Assembly: GCA_017654855.1 (NCBI GenBank)
Contig: CM030337.1
Coordinates: 186,001 to 250,000, forward strand
DNA length: 64,000 nt
Direction: 5' to 3'
From: Podospora anserina
Taxonomy: Eukaryota
Part shown: in pieces, positions 26,542-39,409 of the stretch
Position numbering within the stretch: position 1 is the first letter of the stretch
Layout of the letters: each line of letters begins with the position of its first letter
Program-made: the position numbers and the translations under genes
Notes under the pieces: model-generated
Seen by the model: the letters and a program-made list of their open reading frames with translations, nothing else
Database searches by the model: none
Told to the model about the DNA's origin: nothing

Positions 26542-26825
26542 TCTGGGGATATGCCATGCGCAGTGGTGACCGGTAACAAGTATGGATAGCGTCAACATAG
26601 CATGTACAGGGCTGGCCCCTATTTTCAAATCAAGTCTTTCATTTTGGCGGAGTCTTTCCGTTGTTTCCCCTGCTTGCTACATGTTCCTATATTTGACCAG
26701 CATGTCACTACCATGTTACCAGAATCTCTATAATAGATATCAAGAGCTGCGCTGATCATGCGTGTCCTTTTTCCCGCCGCTAGCGGTGATTGCTGGGAAT
26801 GAATAAATTTGCTGATGTGTGTGTA

Positions 26826-28225
26826 TCAAAGCTCGTCATGTCCTGATTCATGTTGCTCCTTGCCAGGGCTTCTGTTTGCGGGTTGCAATTTGCCGCTGCT
26901 GATGTCGATCAGATGTCTCTCGACATCATCTGCCATGAGTTTGACACTCCCTGGAAAAGGATACAAAGCACCAGCTGCGGAATTTTCGAGTACCAATGCC
27001 GTTGTCGAGTCTGTTGCTCCTCCGCTCCCACCCAACAAATCAGAATATTCATTCAAGTCCCTGATGATAAACTTCAATTTGCCAGAGTATTTCTTCGCCA
27101 AGGGCCGTATTTCCGCCCTGTACGCCTCCTTTTCTGCCTCTGTGCTGGCAAAATAGTGGAGAACGTTTTTACCTGTCTGTGGGCATATGGCCTTTTGGTG
27201 AGTCTAGTCGTTCTGTGACTTGAATTCTGGCAAGGATGCTTACCGAGATGTATTCGGCCTTGTTGATTGTGGTCAGTTCGGGGATGAGGGGCTCCGCACA
27301 CAAAACGACAAAGTCCTCCAGGGCCTGAGTGGTCTGGGTATCGGTAGCCACATGCTTCACATCGTCGAGATTGTTGTAGCAGATGACGGCGGCGGGGCGG
27401 CTCTCTGTAACAGATGGACCTATCAGAAAGGTGAACCGGTCCCTATACCTGGCTGCCAGGGCAGTGAAGCGGTCATAAATATTCCAGTTGTCAGACTGGG
27501 CAAGAGGGTGCATGACTATGACAACGTCATCCAACAGGATAAAATGCTCTAGCAGTTGAGCGTCGGCCTCGAGGAAGGAAGGGCGGATGACACGATTCCG
27601 AAACATGGCTAGTCTGGTGGATGAACAGAATTAGAAATGAACATGAAGGGGGAAGGGTCTAAACTGTACTCTCTAGCTTTGTGTTTCCCTCTGTACTGAT
27701 CAATTCTGCCATCCCGGTGATATATTTTGATGGTTGGGTACGAAGGTATGTTGAGTTGCTGACAGAATTCTCTGTGCATGGCACAATCGAAGCTAACAAT
27801 GTTATCGTCATCCTTTTCAGCTTCCTGGAGGGCAAGCCATTGTTCTTCGAGATCTTGACTAGCCTTCCTATCGTAGTCCACTAGACATCAGCACAGCAAT
27901 TTGAACAGATCCCAGAGTACTAGTTAGCTAACTTACTGCGAAGGCTACATGGGGACGAAGTATCAGTGGGCTTGCATAGGTGGACTTGCATTCAGGTGTA
28001 TTGGCGGGGGAAAGAGAAAGGCGATGCACTTACGAGAATAACTGAGAGAGAAAATCAGCACATCGAACATACACACTGAGGCAGCAATAGTGACTCACAT
28101 GCGGCCAGTGTATATGCACTGGAGTCCAATGCTTCTCTCAATCGCCTCTCTTCAATATGTCTCCATGCTGCAGAGGATCTTCCGAGGATCAATGATACCG
28201 CGAATGACCAATATAGGCTCTTCAT
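26826..28225 (-). CDS. ER-resident PDI/thioredoxin-fold protein lacking the CGHC active site; exons 28225-28099, 28041-28034, 27944-27937, 27867-27670, 27613-27244, 27176-26826
   Basis: Signal peptide MKSLYWSFAVSLILGRSSA, FDC....FCQQLNIPSYPTIKIY..Y.G (thioredoxin a-domain), PLIPELT..N...Y, LAKKY.GKLKF, and C-terminal HDEL. Confidence 0.8.
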
Positions 28226-28564
28226 CTTGTCCGAGGCATGCGCCGGAGTTCACCAGGATACAATTCCACAGATAATCTACCGAATACATTATCCCTATAT
28301 AAAGGTCGAAGAGAGAGTCGAAACAAAAAGGACAGGTTACCGCGAAGGCACTGCAGTAACTAGGATTTAGCCGGTTTAGCACAGGGAGCAGAATAACCGG
28401 ACAAATTAAACGATTGAAGTAATGATATTTAATTAATATAGATGACATTTGAGCTATATATTATATTTTCAATAGAGATATAGCGCGATATATAGCCCAG
28501 TGTTATATATATCTTCTTATATATAACTTACTAAATTATTAAGTAAATTAGCTATATAAATAAT

Positions 28565-29268
28565 TGTTAAGATGACCTGTTGGAATAAGGTCGTTGAGAG
28601 CTCTGTACCACAGAGGTCTCAGGAAGGGGAAGCAATTACCCAAGGTCTTAGCGAGTCTCGGACTGTACTACTGAATACGACGACGTGGTTATCGAAGGAA
28701 AAAAGTGTAACAGGAACTTCCTGCAAATATAGAAAAAAGTATATTGAGATATTGTAGTCTCACACAAGGTACTGTAAATAATTAATCTATTTAATTAACT
28801 TAATTTATTATTTTTTTTAAAGAAAGGAAGAAGTAGGAAAATTATTACAATTAGAAGAGGGCTCTTTATAAGTACCTAAACTTCTTTATTATCCTTATCG
28901 CTCTATATCGTTTGGCAACCCTAGTAACTTAAATCTCTAGTTCGGTAAGGTTATAAGGTAATAAGCTTATTAATAAAACGCTTATATTACTTATAAAGCT
29001 TCTCGTAGCTTAATCTCGTGGCCGATAAGATACTTATATTGCTCATAAGGCTTCTTATACCACGGTCTTATTACTCGGAGGTCCGGTGAGGAATCCTGGG
29101 AGCTTAAAAGCGCTCGAGCCTCTGTGGGCGAGCCGTTAAGAGCTTAAGGGCGAGCCGCTGTGGGCGAGCCGTTAGGAACGCGAGTGGGGGAATTATTGGG
29201 AGTAATATAAGCGTAGAATTCTATAAATAAGTACTATAAAATCCATAAATAAATACTATATTTTAACA
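28565..29268 (-). repeat. 3' LTR of the Copia element (704 bp)
   Basis: TGTT...AACA termini; direct repeat of 33991-34659. Confidence 0.9.
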
Positions 29269-32200
29269 CCCCCTTTATAGCTGTAATACGTAATATATTA
29301 GAACGGCTTATTTAAATTTAAAAGTCTTATAAACTTAATAAAGAGGGCTACTAATAATGTTTTTATAAGCCTATTAGTAGGTATTTAATCGGTGGGCAGG
29401 TAGGTAATAGTTACTATTCTAGTCGCCACTACTTCCTTAACTCTATAGAATTTAATAAGTATGTATTTCGTTCGGCGGTAGTATTTAGTATTGTATACCG
29501 TTTTAATAGCGCCTTTATTATTATATAGTAAAGGGGTAAATAGTTAAATAAGTTTACTAATCTCTTAAAATAATCCCCTAATCTACATAATTTCCTTTAC
29601 TCTTTTAATAAGTACCGTAAATTCGGCTTCGAAAGTACTATAAAAAATAGTAAAAGCTTTTTTAAACTTTTAATTAATAGGTCCTTCGGTAAAAGTAAAT
29701 AATTAATTAAAAGTAGATTTAATATTATTATTATACCTTACCTAGTTACTATTAATAAACCTAATAGGTATTAAGTCTCGGTTCGAACCGTAATTAATAA
29801 TTAAATTTACTATGGAAAGTAAGTAGGAAATAAATAATTTAATTACTTTAAAGTGCGTTATAGTAGAAACTTAAAGGTATTAAAAAAATTATTAAATACT
29901 AAAAATTATATTAAGTTTTGTTTAAACTATAGCATATATCGCTATACTTATTAGTTATTAGTATAGATATCTCTCGGCTAGCGTTATAAAAGATTTAGGA
30001 CTATTATTATTTTCTATAAAGCTTAGACTTAATAGAAAAGTAATTAGCTTAATACTAATATTAAAGTAATTAGCGGTTTCGCTAATATAAGCCTTTTAAT
30101 AAATTTAAAGTCGCCGTTAAAACTTATTACGTTTAATTTAAATACTAAAGAAATAGCGAGCTAGGCCGAGATCTTTAATATCGTAATATTTATTTATAGC
30201 CTTTTTAAGAGCTTAGAGCTTAGAAAGTTTAGGGTTAATAAGTAAGTAGTTATTAACGTAATTAATAATAAATATAATAAATTTTAAATAGAAATATATA
30301 GCCGTATTAAAAATTAATAGTTTAAATCTAAGGGACTTAATTATAGCTAGAACCTTTTATTATTAAAAGTAAAAAACTTATTTTAAATTATAGAAGGACT
30401 TCTTTAGAAGGATAACTTAGTCCTTTATAGGATCCTAACTAAATTACTTTAATAGTAAAATAATATTTAGAGTATTATAAAAGTATTTATATAATCCTTT
30501 AAGTAATTTAATATATATATCGAAGTCCGCATTAAAGTTAAAAAAAACTTCTATAAAATCTACTTACTTAATATCTTAATTAAAAATAATTATTAAAGCT
30601 AATATAATTTTTTAAGTAGGAGGGCCGGTAATAAATATATAGATCTAAAGAAAATCGATTCCCATAGCTTATTAGAATCTACGGGCCACTAGCCGGGCCT
30701 TAAACTTTACTATAATACCTTATAGGTTCTTTTTTTCTTTAAAAACCTATCGACTAATAATAAAATTTTTTTTAATTTAAAAGCGGTTAGCGAAGTAAAA
30801 AGTCTTAGTAGTAAAGAGCTAATGTAACTTAATAAAAGCTACTTTTAGCCATTAATCCTTCTAGAGATACTTTAAAGTTTATTTAAAGGTATTAAACTTT
30901 ATAATTTTAATCTAAAGTACTATAGTTTCCTGGGTTTTAGAAATTAAATAAGTAATTAACTCGGTATAATCTATCTTATTTATAAACTAAAATTCCTTAC
31001 GTTAATTCTTAATGGTTTAAGGAAGAAGTATTTTAATAGTTGTAGTAAGCGTAGGAAGTATAATAATTCCAGGATCCGGTTTTAAAATAAGTAATTAAAT
31101 AAAAGAATCTCCTGGATCCTTAGTAATATTAACGATCTTTAATAAACTTATAAGACTTCATAGTCCTAAAATTTAAATTTAAGGGTCCTTATAGAATTTA
31201 ATAAAGCTAGTCTTAATAATTTTATTTAAATTTAAATAAATTAAGTAGGTTTAATAATTAAGGATTATAAGAAACTTACCTTTTACTTTTCTAGGAGCGA
31301 ATTTTTTTCTTTAGACTCGATCCTTAGTAGGGACGTATATAGTAACTTTAGTCCTAATAGCCCTATAGTTAATAAAGCTAGGTATATAAGTAGGTTAATT
31401 AGGGAATAATTTATTATAGAAGAGTTAGTAAGGCGTAAATTTTTTAATTAATTAAACCGTACGGTTAATTATTTTAATTATAGGACTAATTATATAGCCC
31501 TAGAGAGTAGGAGAAAGTCCTAATATAAATATTATAATACGTAATTTATTTAAAATTATGCGAATAAACCGTTTTATAAAGCTATTTTAATTAAGCGTAC
31601 GAGGGCTTAAAGTACTAAAGCTAATATCTTTTTTAATAAAGTAGGTTTAAAGGGAGAGAACTTCTTTACCTCCGTCGTAATAAAAGTAGCCTGGATATTA
31701 TTAAAATATATTTTTAAGATTTTTAATTACTAATCGAATCTCTATAATAGCATTTTCCTTATATTTAAATAATTTAATTTATTTAAATCGAGTTTTCTTA
31801 TCGATTAAAATAAAAACGTAAAGAGTTTTCGTTAATAGTAAAAGCTTAATAAAAATAATATTTCCTTCTAGACGGCTTAGGGTAAAAGGAGGGTCTTAAA
31901 CTACTTCTTTAAAAGGCCTTCGAAGGATCTTAACGGCGTTATAACTCTTATAAATTAAGTCTCTAAGTTTTAACTTTTAGAAATTCTGTATCCTTTTTAT
32001 AATTAAGGAAGTTTTTTTTAAACGATTTAGGCTAATATAGCCTAAATAAATATATTAAAGAATCGTTAATTATATAAGTTTTACGGAGGGTCCTTTAAAA
32101 AAAAATACCGGAAAAATAATAAGTATAAGATTAATAACCCCCTTTAAAGTATCTATATCTTTAGAGTTATTAAAAACTCCGGTAAAGTAAGCGTTAAATC

Positions 32201-33990
32201 TATAAATCTTTATTATAAAGGTCGAATAATTATATTAATAATTCCTCCTAAAAGACTTCTATCCTTTAATACCTAGAAGAAAACTAGATTTTTAGAAATT
32301 TAATTAAGTAATTAGCTTTCGCTTATTATTATAAATTTTCTAATTAATAAAAATATTTTTTAAATTATAAAAGCGTTTTCCGCTTATAATATTTAATAAA
32401 AATCTAGAAATATAAAAGGCTTTAATAAATTTAATAATAAAAAATTTAGGTTTTTTATCGGTAATTCTAATAAAGAAATTAATCCTTATAGTTCCTTAGT
32501 TTTATAATTTAATTAAATTATTACTTATTAAAATAATATTTAAATCCTTAAACTAATAAAGTTAAGTAAATAAATTTTTATTATTATAAATATAAATAGT
32601 AAAACCGGTATTAAATACTTAAGATTTATATAAAATTTTATAAATATAACTGGAAAGTTAGCTTTAACTAATAAAGTTTTTTAATTTTTCCAGTATATTA
32701 AAGAACCTAGTCTCTAGGTCGAATTTAATTATAAAAGTCGCGTTTATAAAGTCCTTCCGGTTAAAAAACTTTTATAATAAAGCCTACGAATTTTCCTTTT
32801 TTAATTTATTATTATTTCTTTTATATTTCCGATATTTATTACTGGTAGTAAGGGTACTAGTAAATCCCTAGTCCTTAAACTTATTTTAAGGTATTTTACT
32901 TTCTTTAGTGGTATTACAGCGTTAATTTTATAGTAAAGAAAGTGCTTAGTAAATCGTAAATAGTATATCCCGAGTCTCGGCTAGCAAGTTTTCTTAAAAG
33001 AAATTTAAATTTAAGTTTTTTCCGGAGGTAGGTTTAAAGAATCGTTAATAATAAAATAAAGTTTTTAAACGTTTATACTATTATAGAAAGTTAGATTTTA
33101 AGAAGTTTAAATAATAATTAATTTAATTAATAAATTAAATTATAACTCCTAAGCTTAATAATTTAGTAATAAAAATATTAAACTTAATATTAAAATTAAT
33201 TATAAATATTATACTATCGAATTTTAAAGAGTAGTAAATCTTATAAAGTTAATTTCTTAATATTAATTACGCTAGAGTATATTAAACTCTTAAACGATTA
33301 AAGATAATTATAAGGTAGTTTTTTACTTTAATAGTAATTAAAGGACTTTAAGTAAATAAATTACGAATAGTTAAAATTAAATAAGTTTTTTAAGCGTTAA
33401 AGAGGATTGGAACTACTACTATTAGACTTTTAAGAAAACCGGTAACCTCGAGGATTTATAATTAAATAGAGAGGGCCTAGATCCATTAACGATAGTTATC
33501 GGGACCCGTAAGTCTTTACTTCTCGTTAAGTTAAAGGCCTTATTTAATAAGGTCCTTCGATAAAAGATTAATAATTGCCGGAGTAGGTAATACTATAGTA
33601 ATTAATAGTGTTAAGTTACTACCCGAGACTATAGCGGAACTTAGAGGTATAGAAAAAGCCGTTAATAACTTATTAATTTAATTATTCTAGGCTTAAATTA
33701 TAGCCTGGAATTCTCCCGTAATATTCTAAAGCCGTTAGTTAAATTATAATTCGAGCCGTGCCGTAAGTTATTTGGTTTGGGCGTTAAAAATAGCTTATAA
33801 ATCTGTAGGAGTTTAATTTACTATATTAGAGTCTATTCCTATTATAAAATTGTAAATAGGGCTTAAAGAGTAAACTATAAAGAGCTAGAAGTAATATTAA
33901 AGGTTCGTAATTTAGGTCTTTTTATTTTGCTTTAGAAATATAGTACCGTAATACTTACCGAGGTTAATAAATAAGCCCGGGCTTATAACT

Positions 33991-34659
33991 TATTAAAATA
34001 ATTTATTAAAATAAGGTCGTTAAAAGCTTTATACTATAGAGGTCTTAGGAAGGGGAAGCAATTACCCAAGGTCTTAGCGAGTCTCGGACTATACTACTAA
34101 ATACGACGACGTGGTTATCAAAGGAAAAAAGTGTAACAGGAATTTCCTATAAATATAAAGAAAAGTATATTAAAATATTATAGTTTTATATAAGGTACTA
34201 TAAATAATTAATTTATTTATCTAATTTAATTTATTGTTTTTTTTAAAGAAAGAAAGAAGTAGGAAAACTATTACGATTAGAAGAGGGCTCTTTATAAGCA
34301 CCTAAACTTCCTTATTATCCTTATCGCTCCGTATCGCTCGGTAACCCCAGTGGCTTAGATCTTTAGTTCGGTAAGGTTATAAAAGTAATAAGCTTGTTAA
34401 TAAAACGCTTATATTACTTATAAAGCTTCTCGTAGTTTAATCTCGTGGCCGATAAGATACTTATATTATTTATAAGGCTTTTTATGCTACGGTCTTGTTA
34501 CTCGGAGGTCCGGTGAGGAATCCTGGGAGCTTGAAAGCGCTCGAGCCTTTGTGGGCGAGCCGTTAGGAACGCGAGTGGGGGAGCTGTTGGGAGTAATGTG
34601 GGCGCAGAATTCTATAAACAAGTGCTGTAAAATCCATGAATAAATGCTGCATTTTAATA
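33991..34659 (-). repeat. 5' LTR of the Copia element (669 bp)
   Basis: RIP-mutated termini TATT...AATA; adjacent PBS-like AGTTATAAGCCC on the minus strand. Confidence 0.9.
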
Positions 34660-34959
34660 ATAATAATTTAAAGTATTATAGTTTTTTATACCCAGGGTTA
34701 GGTTTTTCTTAGTCTAATTAAACTAGTGTACTCTAAGCTAAGCAGGGTCTCCATTAGCTTTAATTATTTTTTTCCTATAACTAATAGTTTTTCTTTTTTT
34801 AAATCCTTTCTATAACTTTATTATATTAACCTTAACTTTATATTAATTCTATATAGTATATAAATTCAATATTTAATACATGGAGTAATAATAAAAGTAT
34901 AAAAAAAGATAGTAAAATGAGAAGGTTTTTTATTAATATATATCATATTTAAAGAAACA

Positions 34960-35320
34960 TGTGACGAACCCCTATCCAGAACCTCTGAAAAGGATACTGG
35001 TTGAGGGCACTTCTGAACAATCCTGGTTCGGTACAGCTAAACAGTGTACAACAAATGGCTTGTCTCAATCACAACAGTCTAGATACCAGCGATTGTGACT
35101 TGAATTGCATACTGCGGAACTGTCTATCTACACCAGCCAGTTCCTCCGTATATATAGACCTCAATCCTTTAGGTACCTCCGTACCTGGCTCACCACGCTC
35201 ACCTCTGCCAAGTGGTGTGCGCCCCACTGTCCTGCAGCCCCGCCGTTACATTTCACTTGATTGGCCACCACGGCCTGCTGCAGTCTCCACTCTGCCTTGC
35301 TATATAGTTGGTCTGTGACA
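34960..35320 (-). mobile_element. Solo LTR A (TGTGACGAA..GTGACA family)
   Basis: TG...CA ends, TSD AAACA. Strand inferred from CCAAT/TATA polarity. Confidence 0.88.
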
Positions 35321-35340
35321 AAACATAAGACGTATATTTA

Positions 35341-35759
35341 TGTGACGAACCCCTGTACAGAACCTCTGAAAGGGATACTGGTTGAAGGTAACTTCTGACA
35401 ATTGGTTCGGTGCAGCTAAACAGTGCACAACAAGATGTCTCAATGTAAACACTAGATACCGTGAATACAAGCTGAATTGCATACTGCGGAACTGTCTATC
35501 TACACCAGCCAGTTCCTCCGTATATATAGACCTCGTGCCAAGCCCTGATCATAGTGATCATTCCGCTCGTTCCCAATGATCACAATGATCGCTATGATCC
35601 TCCGTGGCTCCCTATTGGTTGTGTTGCCGCGATCACTGTGTCTTCCCAGTCTGCTGTCCATGATCGCGTATCCTTGTCCTGATTGGTCCTGCTAGCGATT
35701 GGCTGTGCGTCTTGTGCCCCGCACACGGTCCGTCCTGCCTGTTTGGCTTAACTGTGACA
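35341..35759 (-). mobile_element. Solo LTR B (same family, GATC-rich variable half)
   Basis: TG...CA ends, TSD ATTTA. Confidence 0.88.
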
Positions 35760-37149
35760 ATTTACTTTTAAAACTAAAACTTAGAACTTTACTTAATCTA
35801 ATAGCGTTATTTCTTTAATAAACTTTGCTTTTGAGTATTAAATATTAATTTACATGAAAACCTTTTGTATAATTACGTCTTTATATTTTTTACAATATTT
35901 CTATTAATTTTCTCTATACAATCCTTAGTCTTTATGATATCTGTTTTATTGCCTATTTTATCTTGTATAATTTAATTCTTTTTTTATTTTTTATTTTTCA
36001 TCCTTTTTTATTAAGAATAACTTATAAAAATAATTATGATAATATAGAATGAACATCTTTTTTAAATTAAACTAGTTTAAACTTTTAAATTTATACTTTT
36101 AAATATTAATAACACAATTAGTGTATCCTTTTTTTTAGAATGTGAGCTCAACTAAACTTAGTTATTATTATATATACTTAATAATTTAATATTTTACGTG
36201 GAGTTTAAAATGGATTTACAATTTCTATTCTATTTGTATCTACTAATATAAAAACTTTTGTTTTCGTTAATTAAATGTTCACGTAATATATTAAATTTAT
36301 ATTTATGAAGAAATTTTCTTTGAATTTTATATTGAAATCTAGTTTCTTTACATTTACTAAATTACACTTCTCTCGTTAAATCAAATAATGGAGACATTTA
36401 ATTAAATGAGATTTTTCTTTTGAATGTAGTAAAACAAATACATGATTACAATGACCGGATAGATTTTTCTATTAAAGAATGAATCTAATTTATAGGTTAA
36501 TTAACTAATTTCATTAATAAAGGTAAAATCCAAATTTACTATAAATATTTATAATAAAAGCGTTATATTGGATAATATTGAGAATAAAATTTAAAATGTA
36601 TTTTATGATTGATTTCGAACTTAGAAAAGTAATAATACGTATGCTTTTATAAGATAATGAATAAACTAAATAGTGTAAATTATGAACTGTTACATATCAT
36701 AAGATATTAGTAGAGGTAGAAGAAATATCATTAGGCTTTTACTATAATTTATTACCAAAATTTCTACAAGATACTTTCAAATTTTTAAAAGAAAAGATAT
36801 ATGATTTTTACTATTCAATCTTTATGTTTTATTTTGTGTTCCCTAGTAAATATTATATTACTAATATGATGATTTTAATGTTTAAAATATAGTAAATTCT
36901 TTACTATGGCATATATACAATTATTTCATTTAATCTGAAATAATATTTAGTAATATCGACTAAATATCTTCTAATAAATACTTTATTAAAATTTGGCCTC
37001 TCTACTCATAAAGACCGAGCTAACTAGGTCTCTATAGGTAAGGACCCCTTTATAAGGCAAGCTTTTTTAGGGTTATAGATATATCGATATATTAGCCTTC
37101 TAGGTATTTTTTTAGTAACTTTTAATGGTAAATTAACAATATCTCTACT

Positions 37150-37549
37150 TGTGACGAACCCCTGTACAGAACCTCTGAAAGGGATACTGGTTGAAGGTAA
37201 CTTCTGACAATTGGTTCGGTGCAGCTAAATAGTGCACAACAAGATGTCTCAATCACAACAGCTAAGATACCACGATTGTGACTTGTCATTGCATACTGCG
37301 GAACTGTCTATCTACACCAGCCAATTCCTCCGTATATATAGACCTTGGGACCGTGGACCGTTGACTTACAGACGGTCCTCGGTCCACTCCTGATTGGCCG
37401 ATACTGGACCGTGGACCGTGAGCCCCGCCGCGGTCCCCGGTCCCCATCTTATTGGTCCGTTTGCCCACCTGGACCGTGAGCCCCGCTCGATCGCTCGGTC
37501 CAGTCCTGATTGGTCCCTCGTGGCCCCACTGTCTTCCAGAACCGTGACA
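37150..37549 (-). mobile_element. Solo LTR C (same family, GGACC/GGTCC-rich variable half)
   Basis: TG...CA ends, TSD CTACT. Confidence 0.88.
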
Positions 37550-37599
37550 CTACTTACTATTTTTATATCATCTTAGTATTTTTCTTTCTTTTATATGCA

Positions 37600-38440
37600 A
37601 TTGAACTACTTTATAAACTTTTTATATTTTAGTTAATACGTAATTTCGGTTCTATTATCTATAATAAATAATGATTTAGAAAAATAAATAAAAAGATACC
37701 AGGGTATAATATAAAAGAAGGAAATAGTAACCTTACTAACTATTAAAGCAACAAAATAAATACTAATACCAAGGGGCTTAAATAACTTTAAATAGCAGTA
37801 TTGTAGGCCTTTAATAAATTTATATATAAAACAAATTGTTCCTATGGAATACTACACTAATTAATAGAACAAACTATTCAATTATATGGATATAGTGTTA
37901 CTCTCTATTAAATACTAAAGAAAGATTATTCTTGACTGTAAAGTTAAGTTTAAAACTAAATTTGTTTCTGTCATATTATATAATTGAAAAGTTGTATTAC
38001 CCTAATCTTATAAAAGGTTAGCTACTAATAGTTACTAAGTAAATATTTATAGTTAAAATAGACTTTAGTCTTTTATCTTTAATAAAACTTAAATTTAATA
38101 ATAAAAGAGAAGGTATAACTTTAAAAGGCTTATAAGGACTTTAAAACTATTAAAAAGTTTGTTAATACTGTGATATAACTCAAAAGTCATAAGGAAATAG
38201 AATAGTTAAGTTAAATATAGAATTTATACTTTTAATTAGGGTAAAAGAGAAATGTGTAACACCAAAAAAATGGAGAATTAGCGGGAAAAAGTACAAATAA
38301 TTAATCGTTAGAAGTAGAAAAAATATTTAAAAGAATTACTATATAAGAATTCTATAACCTAGACTTTTTTATTTTGACCTCTCTAAAAAGTCCTCTACTT
38401 ATAGGGGCCTAGTTAGTTGAATTTCTATAAGTAAAGCCAT
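37600..38440 (+). repeat. Reference copy of an ancient dispersed AT-rich repeat; other copies at ~51150-51950 (-), ~57480-57630 (-), ~61250-61600 (-), ~62080-62850 (+), ~62950-63760 (+)
   Basis: Colinear anchors by eye: 37770 CAAGGGGCTTAAATAACTTTAAATAGCAGTATTG ~ 62160 CAAGGGACTAAATAACTTTCAACGGTAGTATTA; 38125 AAGGCTTATAAGGACTTTAAAACTATT ~ 62559 AAGGCTTACAAAGACTTCGAAAGTATC; 38278 ~ 63187 TTAGCGGGA. Confidence 0.65.
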
Positions 38441-39409
38441 GAATGATAATGTTAATTAAAACTATCAACTATTTTGGTTTTTTATGTAAAAGGATATTAA
38501 TTAGTCTATAAGGTAAAGCTAAGTATTATAAAAGTAACTATATTTATTTTGGTTTTCAATATTTATACATTATTGATAATATTAAAAGGTTGTAAAGTAA
38601 GGAGTTGAGTTATAGGGACTAATTTATTACTTTTATAACAATGATTTTTAAAACATAAAGGAGATAAATCCCTTTTAATTAGTATCTTTTAAATATTTAC
38701 TTAATAGATCATTATACCTTTTTAATATTAGTCTGATAATTTATCATATTTTATTTGTTTTTAATAGAGAAAGACTGGATTTTTTAATGTTTTTTTAAAG
38801 GTACTAAAAAGTATTACGTTTAATTAAAGTTTTATAACCCTTCTATTTCTAAATTTTTGGTTGTATTTTACTACAACAAATAGAGCTACTAATAAAGTAT
38901 TATATTTTATATATTTATAGTTTCCCATGGTTGTTTCAGTTTATTAATAGGCAGTATATAGGTAAGTAATAGAAGCCAATAAAATATAGAATAAGTAAAG
39001 TAGGTGAATTCAATAAAGAGAGCGAGAATCCCAAAAGAAAAGTCTGCATAGTATAACAGGTAAGTAATCCAGCTTATTATTCAATATACTACCCGTTGCT
39101 GAAACACTATTAAAACCTATTAATCTCCCTAACTATACTGTTCAAAATATTAACCTAATATTATATTCTTTTATGTATACTCTCTCATATATAAAAGACA
39201 AAATCACCCTAACTCCCTATAATACTAGCCTATATAATTAAAATTATCCTATTCCATTATTATTTTATATTATCAGATTAATTATCTTTTATTTACTAGT
39301 TACTATACTTTAAAAATTAGTAGCAGTTAAAATATTAAAAGTCTGCTGATGCTATCTATACTTATTTCATATATATTGATATCATGATTCCTATTCTATT
39401 TCTTTACTT

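Larger units (their letters stand above)
28565..34659 (-). mobile_element. Full-length Ty1/Copia LTR retrotransposon inactivated by RIP
   Basis: Two LTRs (28565-29268, 33991-34659) and 5-bp TSD ATAAT on both sides. PPT AGGGGG abuts TGTT at 29268. Minus-strand relics in Copia order: integrase (YDGGKE ~31675; PRTLN*NSFIKRFIR ~31590), RT (FKARLVARRF ~30690; YVNNYLL = YVDD ~30255), RNase H (RRTKYI ~29470). Confidence 0.92.

Noticed and set aside
35001-35579. Similar short ORFs containing CILRNCLSTPASSSVYIDL (also near 54442)
   Set aside because: Incidental translations of the conserved LTR half, not a peptide family.
34960-35759. CRISPR-like repeat/spacer reading of constant plus variable units
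   Set aside because: Eukaryotic DNA; units are 350-420 bp with TG..CA ends and individual TSDs, i.e. solo LTRs.
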